Source: Candidatus Poribacteria bacterium (GTDB taxonomy: Bacteria > Poribacteria > WGA-4E > PCPOR2b). From it: 64,000 nt of DNA. The notes beneath the pieces were generated by a model. It did not search any database, was not told the origin of the DNA, and worked only from the letters and a program-made list of their open reading frames with translations. The position numbers and the translations under genes are program-made. The number at the start of each line of letters is the position of its first letter. Positions within the stretch are counted from its first letter, which is position 1. The stretch is taken from the NCBI GenBank assembly GCA_965207095.1, contig OZ242270.1, positions 687,378 through 751,377 on the forward strand, written 5' to 3'. Below, piece by piece: positions 25,939 through 36,833 of the stretch.

Positions 25939-27176
25939 TGAATATTGATGAAATTCAACATTTCCTCACTGAGAAGCGCGGCAAATCCCCTCGGAGTTCT
26001 AAGCAGCCCCGACGCAAAGATCGAGATTCCAAGCAACTTGATGGTTGGCTGCTGTGCGATTTCCGGGGATCAAACCCAATCGCACGAAGCGTCACCGGCA
26101 TCGATGATCCCGGTATCACCCGACGTTGGTTCTGCTACGTTCCAGCTGAGGGTTCCCCGGTATGGCTTGCCCACCGCATTGAAGTTTCCCACTTTGCCAA
26201 TTTCCCCGGTGAGGTCAGAACCTTCACCGATTGGGATGAACTTCACCGTGAGCTGGGAGAGATTCTTGCGGGCAGCCATCGGGTGGCGATGGAATATTCT
26301 CCTTTTGCCGCCATCCCGTATGTTTCGCGAGTGGACGCTGGCACAGTTGAGTTGATCCGTTCTCTGGGCGTTGAAGTGGCTTCCTCCGCGGATCTAGTGC
26401 AACTGTCCGAAGCGCGTTGGACCGACGATCAGTTTGCTGGACATCAGAAATCCGCACGTCTAATCCTGGAAATCAAAGACGAAGCGTTTGAGTGGTTGGG
26501 GGTGCAGCTGCGCGATCAAGCGCCGGTCACGGAGTATGATGTACAACGTTTCATCATGGACCGCTTTGACACCGAAGGTCTTATACCGGGGCACCCTCCA
26601 ATTGTGGCGGTCAACGAAAAAGCCAGTGACCCGCACTACTACCCGACAGCGGATCAACATCAACCTATCCAACCGGAGGATTGCGTCCTGATCGACCTAT
26701 GGGCAAAGCAGCAATCGCCGGACGCTGTCTACGCGGACACGACATGGGTTGCCTACGCTGGTGATAACCCTCCCCAACGCTATCTCGACGTATTTGAGAT
26801 TGTTCGGGAGGCACGGGATCTCGCTGTTGCGTTTATTCGTGAGAGCTTTGCAGCGGACGAAGCGGTCTACGGTTATGCTGTCGATGATCTGGTGCGAGGC
26901 TACATAACGCAGAGAGGGTATGGCGAGTTTTTTATCCACCGGACCGGACATAGCATCGGGACAGAGATACACGGCAACGGTGTCAATATCGACAATCTGG
27001 AAACGAGAGATGAACGTGCTTTGATTCCCGGCATCTGCTTTTCGATTGAACCGGGAATCTATCTTCCTATGTTCGGCGTTAGGAGCGAGCTTAATGTCTT
27101 TATAGCAGATCTCACACCCGAAGGTGTCATTGTGACCACCCTCCCCGTTCAAGAAGAGGTCTTGATGCTGATGTGA
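25938..27176 (+). CDS. M24-family metallopeptidase (Xaa-Pro aminopeptidase/prolidase-like)
   Basis: Creatinase-type N-terminal domain plus M24 signature HRTGHSIGTEIHG and the metal ligands around it. Confidence 0.7.
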   Translation: MNIDEIQHFLTEKRGKSPRSSKQPRRKDRDSKQLDGWLLCDFRGSNPIARSVTGIDDPGITRRWFCYVPAEGSPVWLAHRIEVSHFANFPGEVRTFTDWDELHRELGEILAGSHRVAMEYSPFAAIPYVSRVDAGTVELIRSLGVEVASSADLVQLSEARWTDDQFAGHQKSARLILEIKDEAFEWLGVQLRDQAPVTEYDVQRFIMDRFDTEGLIPGHPPIVAVNEKASDPHYYPTADQHQPIQPEDCVLIDLWAKQQSPDAVYADTTWVAYAGDNPPQRYLDVFEIVREARDLAVAFIRESFAADEAVYGYAVDDLVRGYITQRGYGEFFIHRTGHSIGTEIHGNGVNIDNLETRDERALIPGICFSIEPGIYLPMFGVRSELNVFIADLTPEGVIVTTLPVQEEVLMLM

Positions 27177-27222
27177 CACAAGTGGCCACTCGCAGCATGA
27201 TATCCCCAATAGGGCGCAAAAG

Positions 27223-28233
27223 TTATCCCCCGCCTCCCGTACCCTGTATCTGTATTTCGGAACTGCTATCGCCGCCAGATTCTGGAACAGGGGTCTCTGC
27301 TTTCAGGTCGGTAGAGTTCTTAATAAGTTTGTCCACACGCGTTTTGTTCACTTCAAAGATCTGCGCTTTGTCTTCCCGTTTCACGTAGTGCGACCCGGTC
27401 TCCTCTGCCCCAATCAGGAGTGTTTGCGCTGCCCCATCCTTGAGCGTGGCAGTGATGGACGCCAGCGGCATATCCAGTCCATATTCTGAGAGCGCTTTGG
27501 CTTCCGCAAAATCGTCGGTCTCCAACGAACTCATCAGTTCCGTGATTTCCTCGACCTCCGTTCTATCGGCAGCGGAGACGAGTGGTTTGAGCATCTGCCA
27601 TTCTCCCGCCGCGTCAACCTGCAGCTCAATCTCTTCCTCCTCCGATCTAATTGTCAGGTGGTTCACGTCCTCCTTGAGGAACGCAAAGATCGCCCGATCC
27701 CGCCATGAGCGATAGCCTTTATCGAAAGTCGATTTCAGATGCCCCGGGACGATGTAGACATCGTCGGAGTCTGCAGCGCGGACGTAGCTATTAAAGATTT
27801 CTGGCGTCGTCTTTCCAGCGAAGAGATGTGCAAGGAGGTTATCACTCGCATCCATGAGTTTGGCTTCGGTGCCGGAGCTATCAACCTGAAAGACCGCTTG
27901 TTTCTCCGGGTTCGAGGAGACACGTTGAATCGTTTTCATTCCGGCAACTTTGTCGAGCAATTCGGCAACAGCTGTCTGATCGGCGGGATAGTTATCCATC
28001 GACTCCACAAGCCACTGATCGTTCTGCTTGACAAGCGTCGTGGTTGTCAAGCCAAATGCAGCAAGAATCTCGATTTTCGCCACATCCCCCTTATTGAAAA
28101 ATGGAAACAGGAGTTCCGCAGTCTCAACCTTCTTCTGCTGTTCACTCTTGCCAAACGGATCCTCGAAAATCAGGATCAATAGACCTAAAACGATAAACAC
28201 GCCAACCAAGACCAAAAGTTGTTTTATTTTCAT
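27223..28233 (-). CDS. DUF4340 domain protein (accessory to the GldG-type ABC system)
   Basis: N-terminal TM anchor. Immediately downstream of the GldG-like gene, the usual position of DUF4340. Confidence 0.5.
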   Translation of the reverse strand: MKIKQLLVLVGVFIVLGLLILIFEDPFGKSEQQKKVETAELLFPFFNKGDVAKIEILAAFGLTTTTLVKQNDQWLVESMDNYPADQTAVAELLDKVAGMKTIQRVSSNPEKQAVFQVDSSGTEAKLMDASDNLLAHLFAGKTTPEIFNSYVRAADSDDVYIVPGHLKSTFDKGYRSWRDRAIFAFLKEDVNHLTIRSEEEEIELQVDAAGEWQMLKPLVSAADRTEVEEITELMSSLETDDFAEAKALSEYGLDMPLASITATLKDGAAQTLLIGAEETGSHYVKREDKAQIFEVNKTRVDKLIKNSTDLKAETPVPESGGDSSSEIQIQGTGGGG

Positions 28234-28266
28234 AATATCACCAGAATTAAAAGATGAAGCGGGACC

Positions 28267-29916
28267 TTATGAAACAGATCCGTATGCTTCAACCATCCGT
28301 TTTGCCCTCCTTCTCAAAATAAATCGAACCAATCCAAAGGCTACCACGAGAATTGGCACACCGGCAATACTTATAAACTTGAGGAAGAATTTCTCACTCT
28401 CGGAAACCTCTTTCAATGGACGGTCTGTAGCGCCATGAGATCTTATATTGATCAATTCCTCGCCAAGGGTGAGCCAGTCCACCGTATTTAGGAAAAAGAG
28501 TTGACCGTCAGGTCGTCCCTGCTGTAAAAATTGGGAGTTTCCAACCACGACGATCTGAGTCGCTTCACTCTCCGTCTTTGTTGTTCGTTCTTCCTCGGCT
28601 GGTTTGGCTGTCAGCCCTTCCTCGGATTCGGTAGACTCGGCGGACGGGATAGCCTTACCCGCATAAAAACTCTTGAACACGCCTGAGAACGATGACGCAA
28701 CAGTGTGAGCCTGCTGCACAGAAGCTGGCGGTTGGAACTGGCGGTTTGTCGGATTTATATTGTAAGGACTTTGAGCCGTCCATCCGCCTCTGCTGGTTTT
28801 AGCAAGCGCGATCGCTTCGACGGCGGAATCCCCTTGAGGAAGTAGTTCGATCGAACCCGCCCAAGGCAACATCAAGCTTTCCAACTGGCTAGTAATAATG
28901 CTGTCTTGCGACAACCCGTCTGAGGTCTCCCCTGTGCGGTATTGGTACTGCTTCATCAGCTTGATGAAGTAGGCATAGCTTGTTGATACCGTCATGAAAC
29001 CTTGCGAATAGGTAAGCTGCCCCATAGAGACATCAAGCACAAGGTTATCGTTGAGTTTGACGCCGTAGTGTTCCAACAGATCGTTCAGCCCTGTTTTCAG
29101 AGGAGTCACATTCAACCCCTCGTATTGGATAAGGATCGGATCAATCAGAAAACAGGCCCGCCCGCCCCGCATGATAAACTGATCGATCTCATACTTTTCG
29201 CGTTCCGTCAGCTCTGTTTTGGGTCCCGCAACAATTAGTGTGGCGATATCGGCATCAATCGGTTTGCCTCCCTCAATCGGCACCTTTCGTACTTCATACT
29301 GCTTACTTAACTCCTGACGTAGCGGAGCAAACGCCTGATCAAATACGTCTATTTCATCATGGCCCGAGAGGAAGCCGACGGTTTTGACCTCTTTGCTTGT
29401 TACTTTAAGGATAGCGGAGGTCAGGTCGTATTCAAGATTGTTAGTCGTTTGGACGATGGGCAGGACCTCTTTTTTATCCTCATAGAGGATTGCAACACCC
29501 ATGTAAACGTTGGCGATTTCCGCTTTGTCCTTTTCGATGACGTTCACTTGGAATTCGGGAATCCCCATAAACCGTAGTTTCTGCTTTAGGGCTTCGTCAT
29601 CTGATGCAGGATCAATAAAGTTAATCTGCAAATTCTTGGAAAAGGCGCGATATTCCTCAAGCATGTCGCGGACGGATTGACGAATCTGGGCGATACGCGC
29701 CGGCTTCCGCGAGAAATAGACATCAATTGTCACAATGTCGTCTAATCGATCGAGCACATTTTTAGTTGACTGTGAGATTGTATATCGCTTGTCCGCTGTG
29801 AGATCAGCACGAATAAAACGACGACTTGACAGGAAATTTATTAACGCGACAATACCGAATACGACAAGAATAAAGGCGAGTGTATTGCCGCCATATTTCA
29901 GTGTTTTTGCAGCCAT
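28267..29916 (-). CDS. GldG-like ABC-transporter auxiliary component (gliding-motility-associated ABC system)
   Basis: N- and C-terminal TM anchors, large periplasmic domain, and its position after the ABC-2 permease. Confidence 0.6.
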   Translation of the reverse strand: MAAKTLKYGGNTLAFILVVFGIVALINFLSSRRFIRADLTADKRYTISQSTKNVLDRLDDIVTIDVYFSRKPARIAQIRQSVRDMLEEYRAFSKNLQINFIDPASDDEALKQKLRFMGIPEFQVNVIEKDKAEIANVYMGVAILYEDKKEVLPIVQTTNNLEYDLTSAILKVTSKEVKTVGFLSGHDEIDVFDQAFAPLRQELSKQYEVRKVPIEGGKPIDADIATLIVAGPKTELTEREKYEIDQFIMRGGRACFLIDPILIQYEGLNVTPLKTGLNDLLEHYGVKLNDNLVLDVSMGQLTYSQGFMTVSTSYAYFIKLMKQYQYRTGETSDGLSQDSIITSQLESLMLPWAGSIELLPQGDSAVEAIALAKTSRGGWTAQSPYNINPTNRQFQPPASVQQAHTVASSFSGVFKSFYAGKAIPSAESTESEEGLTAKPAEEERTTKTESEATQIVVVGNSQFLQQGRPDGQLFFLNTVDWLTLGEELINIRSHGATDRPLKEVSESEKFFLKFISIAGVPILVVAFGLVRFILRRRAKRMVEAYGSVS

Positions 29917-29920
29917 AGAT

Positions 29921-30637
29921 CTATCTCCATTTCTGAACTGTAACCATCAAGACGCTCAAATAGAGGAAAAAACCGATAACGGAAAAGTAGTAGATGAGAT
30001 CCCGCGAATCGATCACACCTCTCAGAATGCTGGTGAAATGGGCGCCCAAGCCGAGGTAGCTGAAAATCGGGACGATCCAGTCCGGAGCATTGAAAAGCAC
30101 GATGTCCTCACCGATGATAAGCAGTCCAAAGCACATCACAATGCCTAGGATAAAGGCGACAATCTGGTTTTCCGTAATGGTGGAAGCGAACATCCCAATA
30201 GCGAGGTAAGCGCCGCCCATCAGGCAAAGACCGATATAGCCGCCGAGGATGGGACCTCCATCCGGCTCCCCAAGGTAGGCGACAGTAATGGGTATAGAGA
30301 GGGAGAGCAGGATGGTTACCCCAAGCAGGCAAAAGCTGGCGAGGTATTTTCCAATGACCACCTCATAATCCTTAATGGGAAGGGTCATCAGGATTTCAAC
30401 CGTGCCTATCTTCTTTTCCTCTGCCCAGAGTTTCATAGTGACCGCCGGGATGAACAGAAGGAATATCCAAGGCACCCAACTGAAGAATCCCCTCAATACA
30501 GCTTGCCCCACGAGGAAAAAGCCTCGAAAGAAAAACCAAGCGGAAAGTGCGAGGAAAAATGTGATAAAGATATAAGCGATAGGTGAATTAAAGTAACTTC
30601 TAAACTCTTTCTTGAAAATTGCTGCGATGTTGTTCAT
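29921..30637 (-). CDS. ABC-2 type transporter permease (GldF-like)
   Basis: Six TM helices. Adjacent to GldG-like and the ABC ATPase genes. Confidence 0.65.
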   Translation of the reverse strand: MNNIAAIFKKEFRSYFNSPIAYIFITFFLALSAWFFFRGFFLVGQAVLRGFFSWVPWIFLLFIPAVTMKLWAEEKKIGTVEILMTLPIKDYEVVIGKYLASFCLLGVTILLSLSIPITVAYLGEPDGGPILGGYIGLCLMGGAYLAIGMFASTITENQIVAFILGIVMCFGLLIIGEDIVLFNAPDWIVPIFSYLGLGAHFTSILRGVIDSRDLIYYFSVIGFFLYLSVLMVTVQKWR

Positions 30638-30760
30638 TTTCTTCTTTCTGGTGTTACCTCCTTGAAAATCGCCACAGTATGCTTCGATAGCAAGATCTTC
30701 AGTCTTTGCTTCACTTTGGCTGAATGAGATAGCGGAAGGACAAACTGGCTGGCGTGCAGG

Positions 30761-31423
30761 TTATGTTTGATAGTTGATTCCCACTCGCTTCCATTCAATA
30801 TTTCCCTTGCACTTCCGACATCTCGATGTTCTGGCACGTTGAGTCAACCGTTGTCGTTTCCATTCCTGACCACATCCACACCGCCCACGCCAGCGCGGGA
30901 GCGTATGTTGGACGTGGTGGCACCGTTCGGCGGTACATCCAATCTGCTGCGCTGCTGCCTTCCATGTTGCATCGTGTCCGTGCTTCGGTCCAACTATCGC
31001 ATGCGCGATCTCATGCAGAATCGTATCAACAATCTCTTCCTTAGATGCTTTCAGGCAGTACGTAACAGAGAGTGTGATCTGCTTCTCCCCGTACCTGCAT
31101 GACCCCGCACGTTCCGGCGCGAGATCAAATGCAAACTGCCAACCCGATTTCAGTCTACTCTCGGCTTCGTACTTTTGAATTAATCGTTCCCCTATCGCTT
31201 CAACCTCAATGAGTGACATTGCGGACGCTTCCATAGACTCTGTCACCGTCAAAATGGTGTACGGTACGTTCCACAACGTTCCCTGCTTCGTTGCTACCTG
31301 TGCACGCCGGGGCAGTAACCTTTGGACGGTGCCGTGCAGTGTATCGCCCGTCTGGATTGCAAAAGACACGCTTGTTCCCGGTGGATACGCCGCCCCTACA
31401 AAATCAGCGTTCACGATCCTCAC
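30761..31423 (-). CDS. SprT-like zinc metalloprotease domain protein with C-terminal zinc ribbon
   Basis: HEIAH zinc-binding motif (ILHEIAHAIV). Cys-rich C-terminus CGCGQEW...RCRKC. Confidence 0.6.
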   Translation of the reverse strand: MRIVNADFVGAAYPPGTSVSFAIQTGDTLHGTVQRLLPRRAQVATKQGTLWNVPYTILTVTESMEASAMSLIEVEAIGERLIQKYEAESRLKSGWQFAFDLAPERAGSCRYGEKQITLSVTYCLKASKEEIVDTILHEIAHAIVGPKHGHDATWKAAAQQIGCTAERCHHVQHTLPRWRGRCGCGQEWKRQRLTQRARTSRCRKCKGNIEWKRVGINYQT

Positions 31424-31489
31424 TATTAACGTCCTCCTAAATCGGGGAACTGTGTATTGTATTGACGATGAGACAGGATCGGATTGGCT

Positions 31490-32452
31490 TTACACGTCGG
31501 TCGGTTGGGTTGCAGATTCGTTACCGGTCAGTTGTCGGAAGACATCTTCAAGGCTAATCGCCTCTTGACGCAATTCTGTCAAACTCCAGTGATTCTGTAC
31601 CACAAAGTGGAAGAGTTCTTCTGCCGTATTCTTCCCGTTTTGGGATGCAATCTGATAGCTGCACACATCGTCATCAGATTTGACCCGTTTGAAGTCTGAA
31701 ACGAGGCTTAACTCTTCAAGTTTTGCTTCGATCTCTTCGCGTGGACCTCGGATGGAGATGTGTATAACCTCTTCTCCTCGCGCTCGCCCCGCCAACTCGT
31801 CCGGCGTACCGTTTGCGACAATTTGCCCATCATTGATAATCAGAATCCGGCTACAGGTTGCGGAGACCTCAGACAGGATATGGGTACTGAAGATGACCAT
31901 CTTCTCCTTGCCGATCTCCCGGATTAGATTCCGAATTTCGATAATTTGGTTAGGGTCAAGCCCGGAGGTAGGCTCGTCAAGCACAAGGATCGGTGGGTCA
32001 TGAATTAAGCTCTGCGCTAGACCGAGGCGTTGGCGGTAGCCTTTGGAGAGTTCCCCGACATCCTTTTGGATCATCTTCTCAAGTCCACAGATATCGACGA
32101 CATCTTTAATACGCTGGGAGCGTTGACTCTTTGGAATATCGCGGACTTGGGCGATAAATTTAAGGTAGTCGATCACTCCCATATCTGTGTAGAGAGGCGC
32201 GCTTTCAGGCAGATAGCCAATCTGCTTACGGACTTCGACGGAATTCTCAAAAACGTCATACCCAGCGACTTTCGCGGTTCCCTCATCCGCTGAGAGGTAG
32301 CAGGTTAGGATACGCATCGTTGTGGTTTTGCCCGCTCCGTTTGGACCTAGGAAGCCTAGGACCTCTCCCGCTTTCGCATCGAAGGAGACATTATCTACCG
32401 CAACGGTTGGGCCATACCGTTTTGTCAAATTTATCACTTCAATCATTCTCAA
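31490..32452 (-). CDS. ABC transporter ATP-binding protein (GldA-like)
   Basis: Walker A GPNGAGKTT, ABC signature LSKGYRQRL, Walker B LVLDEPTSGLD. Confidence 0.85.
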   Translation of the reverse strand: MRMIEVINLTKRYGPTVAVDNVSFDAKAGEVLGFLGPNGAGKTTTMRILTCYLSADEGTAKVAGYDVFENSVEVRKQIGYLPESAPLYTDMGVIDYLKFIAQVRDIPKSQRSQRIKDVVDICGLEKMIQKDVGELSKGYRQRLGLAQSLIHDPPILVLDEPTSGLDPNQIIEIRNLIREIGKEKMVIFSTHILSEVSATCSRILIINDGQIVANGTPDELAGRARGEEVIHISIRGPREEIEAKLEELSLVSDFKRVKSDDDVCSYQIASQNGKNTAEELFHFVVQNHWSLTELRQEAISLEDVFRQLTGNESATQPTDV

Positions 32453-32850
32453 AAATCACCTCTATCCATCTAAATTTCTAGGCTTGATAATGGCAAAACA
32501 GGGAAAAATAATAGCATCTCAATCGAAAAAGCGTCAAGAAAAAATTGGGGTATCTGCTATACGCACGGCACTCCTCTGAGGCGCGGTTGTATGTCATGCT
32601 GCGCTTCTATATACATAACGCTTCTCTCGATCAAAAGGTTGAGCCCGTTCAACCTTAACGGCAATCCGATGGATTTTCAATGGTTAGGTTCTGCGGAGGC
32701 GGGGAAGGGGACACGCGGTAACTTCGGACGGGAAAGGGAGGTCGATGGGTAGATGAATTGCCTCAACGGGCACAAATATAGGGGACAATCCCTCTCTAAT
32801 CAAGGAACTGTCCCCTACAATTGCGTTTCCGCATGAATTGGGGTTTGGGT

Positions 32851-33192
<342 letters not shown>

Positions 33193-33341
33193 TTATCTCT
33201 CCTTTGTTCAAACTCTGATGCTCACAACCCTTCAACCCTGTGAATATAGTAAAGCGTAAAAACGTAGGGAACCTGCTTAAGGGTTTACGTTTTACGCTTT
33301 ACCCTCATTGTTATGTACAACTGAAAAAGAAATCTAACCGA

Positions 33342-34784
33342 TTAAATATCATAGTAGAGATGGAATTCGTGCGGATGCGGACGGAGATTGATTGCATCGA
33401 CCTCGTTTTCCCGTTTATACTCTATCCATGTATCAATCACGTCTTCTGTGATTACATCGCCTTCGAGCAGATAGTCATGGTCGTCCTCTAAGGCATCAAG
33501 TGCCTCAGCTAAGGAGGCTGGCGTTGATTCGATTTCTGCCAGTTCCTCTGGCTCCAGATCATACAGGTCTTTATCAAGCGGTTCACCGGGGTGAATCTGA
33601 TTCCGGATCCCGTCAAGCCCCGCCATCAGCATTGCGCTAAAGGCAAGATATGCGTTACAGGAAGGATCTGGTGTACGGAGTTCCAGTCGTTTTGCTCTTT
33701 CACTCTGAGAATAGACAGGAATACGGACGCATGCACTTCGGTTTCTTTGCGAGTATGCAAGATTCACAGGCGCCTCATAGCCCGGGACCAACCGCTTGTA
33801 GGAATTGGTTGTCGGTGCAATGATAGCACACAACGACGGCAGGTGTTTAAGGAGGCCGCCGGCGTAGTATAACGCAGCCTCGCTCAACCCGGCATATCCC
33901 TGCGGATCATAGAAGATATTTTTCCCATCTTTCCATAGACTCTGATGGCAGTGCATGCCAGAGCCGTTGTCTTCAAAAAGTGGTTTTGGCATAAAGGTCG
34001 CTGTCATGTTGTGGGCCCGGGCCGTATTCTTGATGATGTACTTGTACAGCGCAAGCTTATCAGCTATGGTAGTCATGGTATCAAACCGGAGATCAATCTC
34101 ACCCTGACCACCGGTACCAACCTCATGATGGTGAACCTCTACATCAATCCCGCAATCGATCATCTTGAGAATCATTTCAGATCGAATATCTTGCAGCGTA
34201 TCCGATGGCGGAACAGGGAAATACCCTTCCTTGTAACGAGGCTTGTATCCAAGGTTCGGTCCATCATAGTCGCCTGTATTTGGATTCCAAGTCCCTTTAC
34301 CTGTATTCCAACTTCCTTCAACGGAGTCAACGGAATAGAAGCCTGAATGCTGATTTTGGCCATAGCGAACATCATTGAAGACAAAAAATTCAGCTTCAGG
34401 TCCCCAGTAACTGGTATCCGCGATTCCCGTGCTCTTGAGATAGGCTTCCGCTTTTTGAGCAATATGCCGCACGTCTCGACTATAGCTTTCTAGGGTAATC
34501 GGATCCTTGATATTGCAGATAAGACTAAGCGTCGGAATCTTGCAAACCGGATCTACGATGGCTGTATCCGGATCCGGAAAAAGAAGCATGTCGCTTTCGT
34601 TAATCGCTTGGAAACCACGAATACTTGAACCATCAAAACCGAGTCCATCTTCAAACAGGTCTTCCTCGAACTCTGTCGCTGGAATCGAAAAGTGGTGCCA
34701 CATGCCAGGCAGATCTGTAAATTTGAAGTCAACAATTTTGACCTCTTTTTCTCTTGCAAAGTCTACAACTTCACTTGGTGTCAT
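33342..34784 (-). CDS. glnA: Glutamine synthetase, type I
   Basis: 480 aa. GS beta-grasp and catalytic domains (..[12 protein letters not shown].., ..[12 protein letters not shown]..). Confidence 0.9.
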   Translation of the reverse strand: MTPSEVVDFAREKEVKIVDFKFTDLPGMWHHFSIPATEFEEDLFEDGLGFDGSSIRGFQAINESDMLLFPDPDTAIVDPVCKIPTLSLICNIKDPITLESYSRDVRHIAQKAEAYLKSTGIADTSYWGPEAEFFVFNDVRYGQNQHSGFYSVDSVEGSWNTGKGTWNPNTGDYDGPNLGYKPRYKEGYFPVPPSDTLQDIRSEMILKMIDCGIDVEVHHHEVGTGGQGEIDLRFDTMTTIADKLALYKYIIKNTARAHNMTATFMPKPLFEDNGSGMHCHQSLWKDGKNIFYDPQGYAGLSEAALYYAGGLLKHLPSLCAIIAPTTNSYKRLVPGYEAPVNLAYSQRNRSACVRIPVYSQSERAKRLELRTPDPSCNAYLAFSAMLMAGLDGIRNQIHPGEPLDKDLYDLEPEELAEIESTPASLAEALDALEDDHDYLLEGDVITEDVIDTWIEYKRENEVDAINLRPHPHEFHLYYDI

Positions 34785-35231
34785 CTAAACTCTCCTTAGG
34801 TATTTAAAAATATTGAGCCAGGACATGACGATTAAACTTAAGTAGGGGTGACACTGCCTAGCGGTCCCATTAAGAGCACATCCGAAAGACCACTCAAGGG
34901 GAGTGATTTTTTTCCGCTTTTCATACACCCTACTCAACGTATTACAAGAAACAATGAAATTTGAAAACGGCCCACCTTCAGAAACATAGAGCAAGCGATA
35001 TGCCAATAGTCACATTGCTATTAAAATGAAGAACTAGCACCGAATTTTCTCCACATCGTTTTTCGCTGAGACGTAGCAGAGATTTGGCTCTGATGGGTAG
35101 TTTATTTCCGATTTTGCAACTATATGGGGTGCTTTTTCAGTCAAAAATTAGCGGTGTGATACAGATGTCTTAATTCACGGATGCTGAATTATTAGGCATA
35201 TAACTGCCAAAGTTTTTAGCAATGCAACTAT

Positions 35232-35834
35232 TTACTGATTTAAATCTTCCACAAAACGACTGGCTTCTGGCTCAACTTGCCCTGCATACTTGTTACCCGG
35301 TTTTCGACGATAGGGTACTTTTGCTGGAGAAGATAACTCTTCAAATGTAAACGCGCATATTCGCATTCCGGGGTAGAGTTTAACGGGCATGCGACCAAGA
35401 TTTCCCAGTTCCAGTGTAGCGGTCCCGACCCAGCCCGGATCAAAAAGCCCCGCCGTGCTGTGGACAATGATTCCAAGCCTGCCCAGGCTACTACGACCTT
35501 CGAGACGCGCCATCACATCATCCGCAAGTTCAAGGGTTTCGAGGGTCGCAGCGAGGACAAATTCCCCCGGCTGCATAGTAAACGCTTCACCGTCGGGGAC
35601 TTCCATTTTGTGCATCAGTTCATTGGGGTCAATATCCTCACGAAGATCGATATAGGGATACTTACTGTGCTCAAATAACCGGAAGGTATTCCCGAGCCGG
35701 AAGTCAATGGAACAGGAACCGAGCTGCTTGGTGAAATCTGGGGCAGGAGTGATTTTGATCTTCCCCGCTTCCAGATAACGAACAATATCCTGATCTGATA
35801 AAACCATCCGCCTTCCCTTTTCATTGCTGCTCAA
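35232..35834 (-). CDS. dcd: dCTP deaminase (dUTPase-fold)
   Basis: MVLSDQDIVRYLEAGKIKITP N-terminus. GRSSLGRLG motif. Length ~190 aa from the internal Met. Confidence 0.8.
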   Translation of the reverse strand: MSSNEKGRRMVLSDQDIVRYLEAGKIKITPAPDFTKQLGSCSIDFRLGNTFRLFEHSKYPYIDLREDIDPNELMHKMEVPDGEAFTMQPGEFVLAATLETLELADDVMARLEGRSSLGRLGIIVHSTAGLFDPGWVGTATLELGNLGRMPVKLYPGMRICAFTFEELSSPAKVPYRRKPGNKYAGQVEPEASRFVEDLNQ

Positions 35835-36011
35835 TCTAACTTACCTCGTCGCAGTGCGTCATTCATTATATACCAAAATCATGGAAAATGTAAAGGTTTA
35901 TTTCCGCACAGCAGAATTTTACTATAGGTGAATAGAGAATTGCTACACGCAACGAGAGTTAATGGGCTCCAGATGTAAACTCTTAAACGAATAGAAGACA
36001 GGCAGCTTAGG

Positions 36012-36758
36012 CTACTTTGTAAATACGAGTTCTTCAGCGTTCGCTCCTGCGTCAGAAGCGAGATCGGTCAGTACTTTGGCAACCTCTTCTGGCTTGAATA
36101 GGGTAGATTGTGCGGCATCCACAGCTTCTTCAGGAGACTCGCCACCCCTTTCTGCGATCTCAGCGATTGCCCTGAGTTTCAGGGGCGTATTAAGGTTGCC
36201 GGGACAAACGACATGCACACGGATACCTAACGGTTCGACCTGGTTTTTCAGAGTAAATCCCAAACCTCGCACACCGCCTTTGCTGGCACCGTAGGCAACC
36301 GATGCACTGGGACCTATCACCCCAGCCCCCGACGCAATTAGCACAATCACTCCGCTACCGCTCTTGTCCATCAGCGGAACAGCATGTTTAGTGCACAGAA
36401 ACGTCCCCCTCAAGTTGACTCTGATTACTGCATCCCACGCTTCCGCGTCAAACTGATCGATACGAACCGCTGCGCCTAGCAGGATTCCGGCACAGGTGAC
36501 CAGTACATCAAGCTGACCAAAGCGCTGTTCTACTGCTTCCATCAGCGCGGCAACGTCCGCCTCTTGAGAGACATCAGTGTGCACAAACTGCGCGGTACCA
36601 CCCTCCGCTTCAATAGAATCAGCGGTTGTCTTGCCATCCGTCTCATTCAGATCAGCGATGACGACTTTTGCTCCTTCCCGTGCATACATTACGGCTGTCG
36701 CAGCACCGATGCCGGTCGCCCCGCCGGTGACGAGGGCGATTTTATTCTGTAATCGCAT
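36012..36758 (-). CDS. SDR-family oxidoreductase
   Basis: TGGATGIG cofactor motif. Catalytic YGASK. Confidence 0.75.
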   Translation of the reverse strand: MRLQNKIALVTGGATGIGAATAVMYAREGAKVVIADLNETDGKTTADSIEAEGGTAQFVHTDVSQEADVAALMEAVEQRFGQLDVLVTCAGILLGAAVRIDQFDAEAWDAVIRVNLRGTFLCTKHAVPLMDKSGSGVIVLIASGAGVIGPSASVAYGASKGGVRGLGFTLKNQVEPLGIRVHVVCPGNLNTPLKLRAIAEIAERGGESPEEAVDAAQSTLFKPEEVAKVLTDLASDAGANAEELVFTK

Positions 36759-36833
36759 GGTTTACCCCTTACGCGGACTTGAAATGTCCACAATTTTCGA
36801 ATATCCGCTGCTTTTCCCTTATCTCTTTTTCCA

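Noticed and set aside
34785-35231. Glutamine riboswitch or NtcA/sigma54-type regulatory site in the 440-nt leader upstream of glnA
   Set aside because: I found no recognisable glnA-RNA motif, GTA-N8-TAC, or TGGCAC-N5-TTGC element by eye. This is left unannotated.
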